This document shows positions 35,362 through 44,726 of a stretch of 64,000 nt of DNA, in pieces (within the stretch, counting starts at the first letter, position 1; each line of letters begins with the position of its first letter). The stretch spans positions 1,110-65,109 of the forward strand of contig JAUWLW010000009.1 in assembly GCA_030613505.1 (NCBI GenBank), given 5' to 3'. The DNA comes from Candidatus Zixiibacteriota bacterium. GTDB taxonomy: Bacteria > RBG-13-66-14 > B26-G2 > WVWN01. A program made the position numbers and the translations under genes. The notes beneath the pieces were generated by a model. That model was not told the DNA's origin. It made no database searches and was given only the letters and a program-made list of their open reading frames with translations.

Positions 35362-36486
35362 GTGAACGTCTTGGCGGCGAAAGATAAAGAAAAAACGAAA
35401 CTAGCCGTCCTGTTCGGCGGGCGGTCCGGCGAGCACGAGGTATCCATTATTTCGGCGCGCTCAATGATGGCCGCGGTGGACGGCAAGAGGTTTGAGGTAC
35501 TGCCGATTTACATATCGCCCGAGGGTAGTTGGTACTTCTGGGCCGGCTTCATGCAGGGCGTCGCGCGCCCGGACGCGAGCGAGCCGTCGTACACGCCCGT
35601 CGCGGACCCGCAGCGGCGCGCTTTTCTGGTACGCCTCGACGGCGGCGGCGAGTTGGAGGCCGACGTCGTCTTCCCGCTGTTGCACGGCCCGTACGGCGAG
35701 GACGGGACGATTCAGGGCTTGCTAGAGTTAGCGGCGATGCCGCACGTAGGGTCCGGGCCGCTGGCCGCGGCCCTCGCCATGGACAAGGAAATGTCCAAGG
35801 ACGTCTTACGGGCGAAAGGCATATCGACGGTGGACTACTTCGCGGTCGCGCGGCGGCGCTTCGAGGAGGAGCCGGACCGGGTTACGCTGGAGGTCGAGCA
35901 GAGGTTGCGGTATCCTTTATTCGTGAAGCCCGCGAACCTCGGCTCGAGCATCGGTATATATAAGGTCAAGGACCGCGACTCCTTGAAGAAGGCGCTGGCC
36001 GACGCGGCGCGTTACGACGCCAAGATCCTTTGCGAGCAGGCGGCCAAAGGCCGCGAGTTCGAATGCGCGGTCTTGGGCAACTACGCGCCGGAGGCGTCGC
36101 CGGTGGGCGAGATCGTGCCGGCGGGGGAGTTCTACGACTACGAGGCCAAGTACGTCCGCGACGACGCCGAGCTCCACGCCCCGGCGGCCGTGGACCAAGA
36201 GCTCGCGCGACGGGTGCAGGACTTGGCGCTGCGCGCGTTCCACAGCCATGGCTGCGCCGGCCTCGCGCGCGTCGACTTCTTCTACTTGCCGGACCGCGAC
36301 CTCTTGTTGGTCAACGAGTTAAACACCATGCCCGGCTTTACGCCCATAAGTATGTACCCCAAGTTGTGGGAAGTGGGCGGCCTTAAGTACGCCAAGCTCA
36401 TCGAGCGCCTGGTGGATTTGGCGTTCGAGCGCCACGCCGAACTTATGCGTAATCTCATAAAGTACGAAGACGCGGTAGAAATTTAA
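35362..36486 (+). CDS. ddl: D-alanine--D-alanine ligase.
   Basis: 'KLAVLFGGRSGEHEVSIISA' and ATP-grasp motifs ('FVKPANLGSSIGI', 'ELNTMPGFT'). GTG start at 35362. A TTG at 35371 is an alternative. Confidence 0.85.
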   Translation: MNVLAAKDKEKTKLAVLFGGRSGEHEVSIISARSMMAAVDGKRFEVLPIYISPEGSWYFWAGFMQGVARPDASEPSYTPVADPQRRAFLVRLDGGGELEADVVFPLLHGPYGEDGTIQGLLELAAMPHVGSGPLAAALAMDKEMSKDVLRAKGISTVDYFAVARRRFEEEPDRVTLEVEQRLRYPLFVKPANLGSSIGIYKVKDRDSLKKALADAARYDAKILCEQAAKGREFECAVLGNYAPEASPVGEIVPAGEFYDYEAKYVRDDAELHAPAAVDQELARRVQDLALRAFHSHGCAGLARVDFFYLPDRDLLLVNELNTMPGFTPISMYPKLWEVGGLKYAKLIERLVDLAFERHAELMRNLIKYEDAVEI

Positions 36487-36510
36487 AGACGAAACGGAAG
36501 AGGTGGCGAA

Positions 36511-36936
36511 TTGTTATTCTTATTAACTTCGACGGCTCACGCGATGGGCGGGGCCGGCGGCGGCGAAGGACAGGGCGGCGGCTTCTCCATCATCCTGCCG
36601 CTCCTCCTGATCATGGTCATCTTTTACTTCCTGCTGATCCGGCCTCAACAGCGCTCCGAGAAACGCAAAAAGGAAATGATCTCCTCGGTTAAGAAAGGCT
36701 ATCGCGTGATAACCGCGGGCGGCATCCGCGGCACGGTGGCGAAGGTCTACGAGAAAGACAAGATCGTGGTGGTGACCGTCGCGAAAGGCGTCGACATCGA
36801 AGTAGCGTTGGCGAAGATCGAAGCCGCGGCACCGCCTGGGGAAGACATCGCCGTCGGCGGAGCCGAGCGCAGAGAGGATAAGTCGGCCGCCAGGCCCAAG
36901 GAGCGCAAGGGGCTTCGGCGCCCTCGCCGTAGGTAG
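36511..36936 (+). CDS. yajC: Preprotein translocase subunit YajC.
   Basis: 'IILPLLLIMVIFYFLLIRPQQRSEKRKKEMISSVKKGYRVITAGGIRGTV' is the YajC signature. The start is uncertain: the N-terminal extension is Gly-rich. Confidence 0.75.
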   Translation: MLFLLTSTAHAMGGAGGGEGQGGGFSIILPLLLIMVIFYFLLIRPQQRSEKRKKEMISSVKKGYRVITAGGIRGTVAKVYEKDKIVVVTVAKGVDIEVALAKIEAAAPPGEDIAVGGAERREDKSAARPKERKGLRRPRRR

Positions 36937-36938
36937 AA

Positions 36939-37649
36939 GTGGTTGAGCACCGGAAAGAAGCGGGCGCCGGCGCCGGTGGCGCGCGGCGGCTGGTCACGGT
37001 CGGCACTTTGAAGGCCGACGCCGAGGTCGCGGCGTACCTCGCCGAGGCGGACCGGGTCCTCGCGGTGTTGGGCTTTACGGAGCACGGCGAAAGACACGCC
37101 GCCATGGTGGCCGATCGCGCGCGCTCTATAATATCAGCGTTCGGTTACAAGGAACGGCGGGCCGAACTCGCGGCCGTCGCCGGCCACCTTCACGATATCG
37201 GAAACGTCGTCAACCGCCACAACCACGAGGCGCTGTCGGCGCTGTTGGCCCACGATATCCTGGGGCGGCTCGGTATGGACATCGCCGAGACGCTGCAGGT
37301 TATGACGGCCATCGGCAATCACGACGAGGGCTCGGGGGTCCCGGCTAGCGTTATAAGCGCGGCGCTAATCATTGCCGACAAGTCGGACGTGCGACGGGAC
37401 CGCGTTCGGAACCCGTCTATGATATCCTTCGACATCCACGACCGCGTGAACTACGCCGTGAAGCGCAGCGAACTGGAGGTAGACGGCGAGGCCAAGGTAA
37501 TTACGCTCAGGCTCGATATCGATACGTCGATATCGCAAGTCATGGAGTACTTCGAGACTTTCCTCTCGCGGATGATAATGTGCCGGCGGGCGGCGAGGCG
37601 GCTGGGGTGCAACTTCGGCCTTATCATTAACGACGTTCAAATGTTGTAG
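36939..37649 (+). CDS. HD-domain phosphohydrolase.
   Basis: 'HGERHAAMVADRA' H..H motif and 'AGHLHDIGN' HD motif. Confidence 0.65.
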   Translation: MVEHRKEAGAGAGGARRLVTVGTLKADAEVAAYLAEADRVLAVLGFTEHGERHAAMVADRARSIISAFGYKERRAELAAVAGHLHDIGNVVNRHNHEALSALLAHDILGRLGMDIAETLQVMTAIGNHDEGSGVPASVISAALIIADKSDVRRDRVRNPSMISFDIHDRVNYAVKRSELEVDGEAKVITLRLDIDTSISQVMEYFETFLSRMIMCRRAARRLGCNFGLIINDVQML

Positions 37650-37672
37650 GAGTAGTCTGACGGGGTGATGTT

Positions 37673-38410
37673 ATGCGACGCGTATTTAGGGTGCCGTTGC
37701 TCGCCTGGGCCTTGTGTTTGGCGGCCGGGTGCGGCGGCGCGGCCGAGAAAGAGGCGCGCGTGAACGACGACGCCGAAATGTGGCGCCGCCTTAACGCGAT
37801 GGTGGACAGCCAGATCGAGGGTCGGGGAGTGTCGGACCCCGCGACGCTGGCGGCCATGCGCAAGGTCCCGCGCTGGGAATTCGTCCCGGCGGGTATCAAA
37901 GACCGCGCGTTCGAAGATAACCCGTTAGCCATAGGCGAAGGACAGACGATATCGCAGCCGTACATTGTCGCCTACATGACCGAGGCGTTGAAACTGGAGG
38001 CCGACGATAAAGTGCTGGAGGTCGGGACCGGCTCGGGATACCAGGCGGCGATCCTCGGCGTAATCGCCGCCGAGGTCTATACTATAGAGATCGTACCGCC
38101 GCTGGCCGAGGACGCCCGGGCGACGCTGGAACGCTTGGGTTACGATAACGTCCACGTCCTTGTCGGCGACGGTTACCGCGGTTGGCCCGAGGAAGCACCA
38201 TTCGACGCCATTATCGTAACCTGCGCTCCCGACCACGTCCCGCAGCCGTTGCTGAACCAGCTCGCCGACGGCGGCCGGCTGGTTTTGCCGCTCGGGGGCC
38301 GGTATCCGCAGATGCTCAAGTGCTATACGAGACGTGGCGATACTTTCGAGGAAGAAAACCTCGAGCCGGTACTGTTCGTCCCCATGACGGGGGAAGCGCA
38401 AGAGAAATAA
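37673..38410 (+). CDS. pcm: Protein-L-isoaspartate O-methyltransferase with an N-terminal lipoprotein-type signal peptide.
   Basis: 'GEGQTISQPYIVAYMTEAL' and AdoMet motif 'VLEVGTGSGYQAAIL'. N-terminus 'MRRVFRVPLLAWALCLAAGCGG' (lipobox). Confidence 0.8.
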   Translation: MRRVFRVPLLAWALCLAAGCGGAAEKEARVNDDAEMWRRLNAMVDSQIEGRGVSDPATLAAMRKVPRWEFVPAGIKDRAFEDNPLAIGEGQTISQPYIVAYMTEALKLEADDKVLEVGTGSGYQAAILGVIAAEVYTIEIVPPLAEDARATLERLGYDNVHVLVGDGYRGWPEEAPFDAIIVTCAPDHVPQPLLNQLADGGRLVLPLGGRYPQMLKCYTRRGDTFEEENLEPVLFVPMTGEAQEK

Positions 38411-38450
38411 CCGTTCTAACCGCGTTGGGCCGTCGGGCCGGCGCGCGGAG

Positions 38451-38852
38451 GTGTTCCGCATGGCGAACGAGAGAGACTTGGAAAGGTTTTTCGAGGACCT
38501 GGGGTACGACTTCGAAATGCTGGGCCCGCAGATGTGGGTCGTGGACGCCGGGGCCGAGGGCGGCTTCGGCAAAGTCGTCGTGAGCTATAGCCCGCCGCTG
38601 GTCGTGCTGCGGCTCAAGGTGGTGGAGCTGGCCAAAGGCGGGGAAGACGCCAAGCTCTTCCGGATGCTGCTGGAGGCGAACGCCCGCGACGTCGTTCACG
38701 GCGCTTTCGGCCTGGAAGACAAGGCCATCGTAGTGGTCGATACGTTGGAGGCGGAATACCTGGACGCCGTCGAACTTCAAGCGTCGGTGGATGGAATGGC
38801 GTTCGCCGCGGCGACGGTTTTACCTCGCCTTAAAGAGTTCGGCCTGAAGTAA
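38451..38852 (+). CDS. YbjN-like (putative sensory transduction regulator / T3SS-chaperone-fold) protein.
   Basis: 133 aa, acidic. Pattern consistent with the YbjN family. It lies directly upstream of pspA. Confidence 0.4.
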   Translation: MFRMANERDLERFFEDLGYDFEMLGPQMWVVDAGAEGGFGKVVVSYSPPLVVLRLKVVELAKGGEDAKLFRMLLEANARDVVHGAFGLEDKAIVVVDTLEAEYLDAVELQASVDGMAFAAATVLPRLKEFGLK

Positions 38853-38865
38853 GGAGGAGGCCGCT

Positions 38866-39615
38866 ATGGGTGTTTTGGAACGGATCGCGAAGATCATCGA
38901 AGCGAATCTAAACGCGATGCTCTCGTCGGCGGAAAACCCCGAGAAGATGCTCGAGCAGTTAATGGTGGACATGCGCGAGCAATACCGCGAGGCCCAACGG
39001 CAGGTTACGGTCGCGATCGCCGACGAAAAGCGTCTCGAGGCGAAGTACCGCAAAGCCAAGGACGGGGCGGACGAGTGGCAGCGGCGCGCCGTCTTGGCGC
39101 TGCAGAAGGGCCGCGAAGATTTAGCGCGCGAGGCGTTGCTCCGCAAGCAGGAAGGAGCGGCGGCCGCGACGGAATACCTAACCCAACTCGAGCAGCAGAG
39201 TATCCTCGTCGAACGCTTGAAACGGGGGCTCGTCGCGCTCGACCGGAAGATAGACGAGGCGACGCGCAAGAAGGACCTCATCATCGCTCGCCAGAAGCGC
39301 GCCGAGGCCGCCCGGACCATCAATCGCGCCGTTTCCTCCATCGACGACCGGAGCGCCTTCGAGGCGTTGGCTCGGGTGGAGGAAAAAGTGGCCCGCCTCG
39401 AGGCGACCACCGAAGCCGAGGCGGAAGTCGCCGCGCTCGAAAGCGTCAAGAACCTGGAGGAAGAGTTTAAAAAACTCGAAACCGGCGACGTAGACGTCGA
39501 GCTCAAGGCGCTGAAGGCGTCGCTGGGCCTGGCGTTGGCGGCGGGCGAGATGCCCCAGGCCCTCCCGGAGGGCGACGAGGACGAAAGTGAGGAAAAGGCC
39601 GACGCCGACGCCTGA
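38866..39615 (+). CDS. pspA: PspA/IM30/Vipp1 family protein.
   Basis: 'MGVLERIAKIIEANLNAMLSSAENPEKMLEQLMVDMREQYREAQRQV' is the canonical PspA N-terminus. Coiled coil throughout. 249 aa. Confidence 0.85.
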   Translation: MGVLERIAKIIEANLNAMLSSAENPEKMLEQLMVDMREQYREAQRQVTVAIADEKRLEAKYRKAKDGADEWQRRAVLALQKGREDLAREALLRKQEGAAAATEYLTQLEQQSILVERLKRGLVALDRKIDEATRKKDLIIARQKRAEAARTINRAVSSIDDRSAFEALARVEEKVARLEATTEAEAEVAALESVKNLEEEFKKLETGDVDVELKALKASLGLALAAGEMPQALPEGDEDESEEKADADA

Positions 39616-39624
39616 GCCGCGCCT

Positions 39625-40284
39625 ATGAACTGGAAGGTAATACTCCGCCCTATAAGCCTGCCGGTTTTTCTGGCTAGTCTCATCTTCTTGCCGTTCTTCC
39701 CGGTCGTGACGGCGGCGGGCGCCGTTTTCTACGGCGGCGCGTTGTATTGGGCTTACCACCGCGAACGCAACAAAGCGCTCCCGCGGGGGACGGTGGACGA
39801 GGTCAGCAAGCTGCCGTATCGGCGCCGCAAGCTCGCGAATCACGCCATCGCCGCGGCCCGCGATATCGAGCGTCGCCTGTCGCGCCTCCCCAAAGATATG
39901 GTGGAGCGGATGCCGCTCCGGGCGGAGGATGCCGGCCGCCTCGCGGCCGCGGTCGTCTACTACCTGCGCGAGGAAGGCGAGGCCCGGAAGCTGGTGAAGG
40001 CCGGCGCGGGCGGCGAAGCCGGGGAGCTCGCCAAAAAAGCCGCGGCCGACGCTGAACGGACATTCTCGAAAATGCAGGAATTGCAGAATGCGCTGACGGC
40101 GCTTGCTCTGGCCAGCGCGCACGTCGACCGCGAAATGCTGGCCGCCGAGGCGGACGACGCCGCGGAAGAGATAAAAGGACTGCGGCGAGCCATGGAGGAA
40201 GCTCGAGCCGAGCTCGGCGCCGCCCCCGAAAGGCCCGCGCTCGAGGGCGGCTCGGGGCGTTGGCAAGGCGGCGAGGGCGATTAG
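39625..40284 (+). CDS. PspA-associated membrane protein (two N-terminal TM helices plus a cytoplasmic helical domain). Hypothetical.
   Basis: TM1 'ISLPVFLASLIFLPFFPVV' and TM2 'AGAVFYGGALYWAY', followed by a charged helical domain. It lies 9 nt after pspA. Confidence 0.45.
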   Translation: MNWKVILRPISLPVFLASLIFLPFFPVVTAAGAVFYGGALYWAYHRERNKALPRGTVDEVSKLPYRRRKLANHAIAAARDIERRLSRLPKDMVERMPLRAEDAGRLAAAVVYYLREEGEARKLVKAGAGGEAGELAKKAAADAERTFSKMQELQNALTALALASAHVDREMLAAEADDAAEEIKGLRRAMEEARAELGAAPERPALEGGSGRWQGGEGD

Positions 40285-40303
40285 CGCCGCGGCGCGGCGG
40301 GTA

Positions 40304-41344
40304 TTGTTTTGCCTTTGCGCGGCCGCGGCGGCCGCGAACGGCCGGTCCCTCGAGGCCGTAAACTATTGGAACGGCGTCCTCGGCGCGTCGGGCGAATTCC
40401 GCACCGTCTTCGACAATACCGAGTATTCAACCGTCCGTTTGGAGAAGTTGGACGAACGGACGTATTTCTTTTCGGACCTGACGCTGTATGCCGATTTCCA
40501 CGTGGCCGAGGGCGTATTGGTGCAGGCGGGGGGAAAAGTCCGCTACGATTTCGGCGACGACGTCGCCGACGGCCCGGGCCCCCGCGCGTACCTCCGCTTG
40601 CGCGGCACTCTTGACACCGAGCACCACCACTGGACCTTCGGCCACTTCCGCGATTCGACGTCGCCGCTCACTTTCGAACAACGCGACTACGACGACGAGC
40701 TGGCCGGCATGCGGTACCGCCTTACGTGGGGGCCCAGCGACAGCCGGCTCTTCCTCGCGCGGACGTCGACAGTGGGCGAGGAGAGGTACGAGACGTTCGC
40801 CGGCGGCGGTCGCTTTTCGCTGCGGCCGTGGGAGAAAACCGTCCTGGCGGCCAACCTGGGCGGCATCCACCAGGGCGGCTTCGACGCCGGGAGGGGTTCG
40901 GCCCCGCTCGGCGGCCGTAAGCGTGAGGCGGGCGTGGGTTCGCTCGATTTCGAACAGGGGATAATATGGGGCCTTTTCGCGTCCGGCGAGGCCGCCCTCT
41001 CTATGGACCGGGGCGACAGGGAAGAGGGTTCGCTGCGGGACAACGCCTTTTGGGCCGGCGGCGGATGGCGGCGTGGCCCGTTCGAGGTGAGCGGCCGCTT
41101 CTACCGCGTGGGGTGGGCGTTCGCGACGCCGTGGGGCGTGAGGTTTCTGCGAAACGAGGAGGGGTCGATTATATTGAGCGACTTTTACGCGTGGACCGCG
41201 CGCGGCGCCGCCTCGTTCGACGTCTTCGAAACCGCCAGGCTTACGTTGGCGCTCGAGGGGGGCGTCAAATATAAAGAGGAGAACTTCGCCGAGCAGGATT
41301 ACAATTTCAACATCGAGTTAATCAAGTTCGAGGTTTACTTATAG
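40304..41344 (+). CDS. Hypothetical exported/outer-membrane-like protein.
   Basis: TTG start with a short hydrophobic N-terminus. Gly/aromatic-rich. Ends '...IELIKFEVYL'. No recognised domain. The start is uncertain. Confidence 0.35.
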   Translation: MFCLCAAAAAANGRSLEAVNYWNGVLGASGEFRTVFDNTEYSTVRLEKLDERTYFFSDLTLYADFHVAEGVLVQAGGKVRYDFGDDVADGPGPRAYLRLRGTLDTEHHHWTFGHFRDSTSPLTFEQRDYDDELAGMRYRLTWGPSDSRLFLARTSTVGEERYETFAGGGRFSLRPWEKTVLAANLGGIHQGGFDAGRGSAPLGGRKREAGVGSLDFEQGIIWGLFASGEAALSMDRGDREEGSLRDNAFWAGGGWRRGPFEVSGRFYRVGWAFATPWGVRFLRNEEGSIILSDFYAWTARGAASFDVFETARLTLALEGGVKYKEENFAEQDYNFNIELIKFEVYL

Positions 41345-41360
41345 AGGTCGTTTCTCCGAT

Positions 41361-41404
41361 AAAAACGCCGCCCGCCCGGGCGGCTTTATTCTTCTCTTGG
41401 CGGT
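41361..41404. terminator. Bidirectional hairpin terminator between the convergent genes.
   Basis: AAAAAC-GCCGCCCG-cc-CGGGCGGC-TTTATTCTTCTCTT. Confidence 0.55.
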
Positions 41405-41424
41405 TTCTTTAGGCCCGTGTGAAC

Positions 41425-42762
41425 TTAGGTTCGTCCGAGTATGTTAGCGACTACCGCGGCCAGGTCCGCGCGCGGTACCTCCACTTGTTCCCGTTTCGCC
41501 AGGTCCTTCAATTGAACGACGCCCTTTGCGACCTCGTCAGGGCCGACGACGACGACGAAAGGGATCCCTTTGGCATCCGCGTAGCCGAACTGCTTGGCGA
41601 GTTTGGCGGAGGGCTCGAGGTAAACCTCGCAAGTCGCGCCGGCCGCTCTTATCTCCGCGGCGACTTCCAATGCGTCTTGCAGGACGCTCTTGTCATATAC
41701 CGCGACGAGTACGTTCGCGGCGTCGCCGCCGGCGGTTTCGCGGTCCGCGAGGAGCGTTATGATGCGCTCCAGACCGAACGACGTTCCGGTCGCGGGGAGG
41801 TCCGGTCCTCCCAGCTGCGCGATTAGCTGGTCGTAGCGGCCTCCCCCCGCCACCGAGCCTACGCCCCCCTCGACGACGAACGCCTCGTAGATGGGGCCGG
41901 TGTAGTAGTCCAGGCCGCGGGCCATATGGAGGTCGAAGCTCACGACGTCGTCGGGGACGCCGAAGTGATGGACGTATTCGGCCAAATTATGCATATCGGC
42001 GACGCCCTCGCGGCCTTCGTCGTAGTCGCCGGCGAACGCCTGAGCCGCAGTTAGATAATAATTGAAGCGGCCGCTGTTCTTCGGGTCGAATAACACATTC
42101 ATAATTTCGTCGGCTGCGGGTTCCGGTACGTCGCTCGCCGCAAGCTCGGCCTCGACGCCGTCGCGGCCTACTTTGTCGAGTTTGTCCATAGCTCGGATAG
42201 CCGCGAATTTAAGCTCGGCCGGGACGCCGGCATAATCCATGAAGGCCGACAGTATTTTGCGGTGATTTACGCTTATGCGATAATTTTTAAAACCCAAAGC
42301 CGCGAGCGTTTCGTGCATGACGGCGACCATCTCGGCGTCGGCGAGTACGGACGCCGTCCCGACGCAGTCGACGTCGCATTGGACGAACTCGCGGAAGCGG
42401 CCTTTTTGCGGCCTCTCGGCGCGCCACACGGGCTGGATCTGGTAACGCTTGAACGGTTTGGGAAGGTCTTGGTTCGCGGCCATAACGCGCGCCAGCGGGA
42501 CGGTGAGGTCGTAGCGCAGGCCCAGGTCGGCCTCGCCGCGCTCGCCGGCGGCGCCGCGCTTCAGGATGCGGAAGATGAGTTGGTCCGCCTCGTCGCCGTA
42601 CTTGCCGGTCAGGACGTCGAGGCGCTCGAGCGCCGGCGTCTCCAGCGGCGCGTAGCCGAAGCTCTCGAAGACGCGCTTGACGGTCTCGATCACGCCGGCG
42701 CGGGTGCGGATCTGCGCCGGCAGGTAGTCGCGCGTTCCTTTGGGCGGTAGGGGTTTCATCAC
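41425..42762 (-). CDS. hisS: Histidine--tRNA ligase.
   Basis: 'KPLPPKGTRDYLPAQIRTRAGVIETVKRVFESFGYAPLETPALE' class II aaRS motif 1. HisRS-specific motifs. 445 aa. Confidence 0.9.
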   Translation of the reverse strand: MMKPLPPKGTRDYLPAQIRTRAGVIETVKRVFESFGYAPLETPALERLDVLTGKYGDEADQLIFRILKRGAAGERGEADLGLRYDLTVPLARVMAANQDLPKPFKRYQIQPVWRAERPQKGRFREFVQCDVDCVGTASVLADAEMVAVMHETLAALGFKNYRISVNHRKILSAFMDYAGVPAELKFAAIRAMDKLDKVGRDGVEAELAASDVPEPAADEIMNVLFDPKNSGRFNYYLTAAQAFAGDYDEGREGVADMHNLAEYVHHFGVPDDVVSFDLHMARGLDYYTGPIYEAFVVEGGVGSVAGGGRYDQLIAQLGGPDLPATGTSFGLERIITLLADRETAGGDAANVLVAVYDKSVLQDALEVAAEIRAAGATCEVYLEPSAKLAKQFGYADAKGIPFVVVVGPDEVAKGVVQLKDLAKREQVEVPRADLAAVVANILGRT

Positions 42763-42797
42763 CTGTAGTTGTGCGCGGTCCCGTGGAGCGGTCGGCG

Positions 42798-44330
42798 TTA
42801 TTCCAACTCCCCCGCGACCTTCTCGGCCGCGGCCAGGACCTCACCCGACTTCACGAGCTCGGCCACGCGGTTGATGTCGTATTGCGTCGGCCGGTCCTTC
42901 TCCATAAAGTCGACGTGCTGGCGGACCAGCTTGTGCACCGCCCCCGCGGCGGCGCCGCCCTTGAGCGGCCGCCGGTGGTCCATCGCCTGGCACGCCGCTA
43001 TAAGCTCAATCGCTATGATGTACCAGGCGTTGCGCAATATCTGCTTCGTCTTGATAGCGGTGTTCATCCCCATGGAGACGAAGTCCTCCTGGTCCGCGGC
43101 GGCGGGTATGGAGCCGGTGGCCGCGGGGTGGCATAGGACGCGGTTCTCGTTGACCAGCATGCCGGCGGTGTACTGCGTGAGCATCAGGCCGCTGAACATG
43201 CCGGCGCCGTGTATCAGGAACGCCGGGAGCCCCTCGCTCAGGTTGGGGTTCATCAGGCGGTTGAGGCGCCGCTCCGAGAGGACGCATACCGTAGTCGCCG
43301 CGGTGCCGACCAGCTCGAGGGCGAAGGCCAGCGGCGTCCCCTGGAAGTTGGCCCCGGTGACCACTTCGTCGTCGTCGGGGAAGAAGAGCGGGTTGTCGCC
43401 GGCGCCGTTGAATTCGATCTCGAACATTTGCCGCGCCCAGTCGAAGGCGTCCTTGGCCGAGCCGACTACCTGGGGCGTGGAGCGGAGGCTATACGCGTTC
43501 TGGACTTTCTTCTTGCCCATCTTGCCGGGGATGAGCATCTCGGAGCCGTCGACCAGGCGGCGGATGTTGCTCGCGCATTTGACGGCGCCCGGGTAGCCGC
43601 GGGCTTTGTGAAGGCGTTCGTCCAGGCAAAGCGTATTGAGGTTCAGGACCTCGAACGTCATGGCGGCGATGACTTCCTGCGTCTTGGCCCAACGGTAGGC
43701 GTCGTGGACCTCGAGGGCGCCCATGCCGGCGATGACGTTGGAGCCGTTGATGGTGGCGAGGCCGTCGCGGGCCTCGAAGACGATGGTGGGTACGCCGGCG
43801 GCATCCATGGCCTTTTTACCTTCCATTCGCTTGCCGCCGAAGAAAGCCTCGCCCTCGCCTATGAGCACGAGCGCCACCTGGCTCATGGGCGAGAGGTCGC
43901 CGGAGGCGCCCACCGAGCCGTACCGGAATACGACCGGCGTAACGCCCTTATTGAGCATGTCGACGAGGGTCTCTACCACTACCGGCCTGAGCCCCGAAAA
44001 GCCGACGCAGTGACAGTTGACGCGGGTGGCCATCGCGGCGCGGATGTCGTCGACGTCGCAGGGCTCACCGCAGCCCGCGGAGTGGGAGTACACGAGGTAG
44101 CGTTGGAATTCCTGCGTTTGCTCGGGCGTGAGGACTACTTCCGAAAACTCGCCGATGCCGGTCGTCACGCCGTACATGACCTCGCGCTTCTCCAATTTGT
44201 CGTCCAGCATCGCGCGGCATTTACGAATCCGTTCCCACGCGTCCTCGGTCACCTCGACCGGCTCGCCGCCGCGCGCGATTTTAACTAGACTCTCGATCGT
44301 AAGCGATTTACCGTCGAGTTTAGCCGTCAT
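42798..44330 (-). CDS. hutH: Histidine ammonia-lyase family (MIO-dependent ammonia-lyase/aminomutase).
   Basis: MIO-forming 'GSVGASGDLSPMSQVAL' (Ala-Ser-Gly). Overall HAL/PAL architecture. 510 aa. Substrate assignment tentative. No hutU/hutI in the window. Confidence 0.75.
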   Translation of the reverse strand: MTAKLDGKSLTIESLVKIARGGEPVEVTEDAWERIRKCRAMLDDKLEKREVMYGVTTGIGEFSEVVLTPEQTQEFQRYLVYSHSAGCGEPCDVDDIRAAMATRVNCHCVGFSGLRPVVVETLVDMLNKGVTPVVFRYGSVGASGDLSPMSQVALVLIGEGEAFFGGKRMEGKKAMDAAGVPTIVFEARDGLATINGSNVIAGMGALEVHDAYRWAKTQEVIAAMTFEVLNLNTLCLDERLHKARGYPGAVKCASNIRRLVDGSEMLIPGKMGKKKVQNAYSLRSTPQVVGSAKDAFDWARQMFEIEFNGAGDNPLFFPDDDEVVTGANFQGTPLAFALELVGTAATTVCVLSERRLNRLMNPNLSEGLPAFLIHGAGMFSGLMLTQYTAGMLVNENRVLCHPAATGSIPAAADQEDFVSMGMNTAIKTKQILRNAWYIIAIELIAACQAMDHRRPLKGGAAAGAVHKLVRQHVDFMEKDRPTQYDINRVAELVKSGEVLAAAEKVAGELE

Positions 44331-44726
44331 CTAAGGGCCTCCTGTAAAGCAGCCGTCGAGCCGGGCCGCCGGGGCCCGACGTAAAGGGCTCTCGGCGATT
44401 TTTCGTGGTAGATGCTACGGCTTCCGCCGCGGGGTTTATCGATATTTAACTTAAACGGCCAACATTGTGGCTTGGCGGTAAACTAATCGGCGGTGATTCT
44501 ATCACTTACGAGCCGGAGTCGCAATATATTATTAAATATCCGGGCGACTTTTTTACGCGTTTTAGAGCTCATAGTTAACCTTTTCAACATTATCGTATTT
44601 ATGTTAATATAAAGGGTGGTAACAGGGCGTCGGCGGCGAGGCCGGGAGGGCTTCGCGTAACTTGTCGTGTAGTAGTAATAGTAAGGAGATACCGTACCGG
44701 TTTTTAGCAAGCGGTTCGAGCGGCGG

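Noticed and set aside
39178-40266. A 362-aa minus-strand ORF opposite pspA and its membrane partner.
   Set aside because: It is antisense to a canonical PspA, with no features of its own.
43209-44288. A 359-aa plus-strand ORF inside hutH.
   Set aside because: It is antisense to the HAL-family gene, which carries the MIO motif. It is a compositional shadow.
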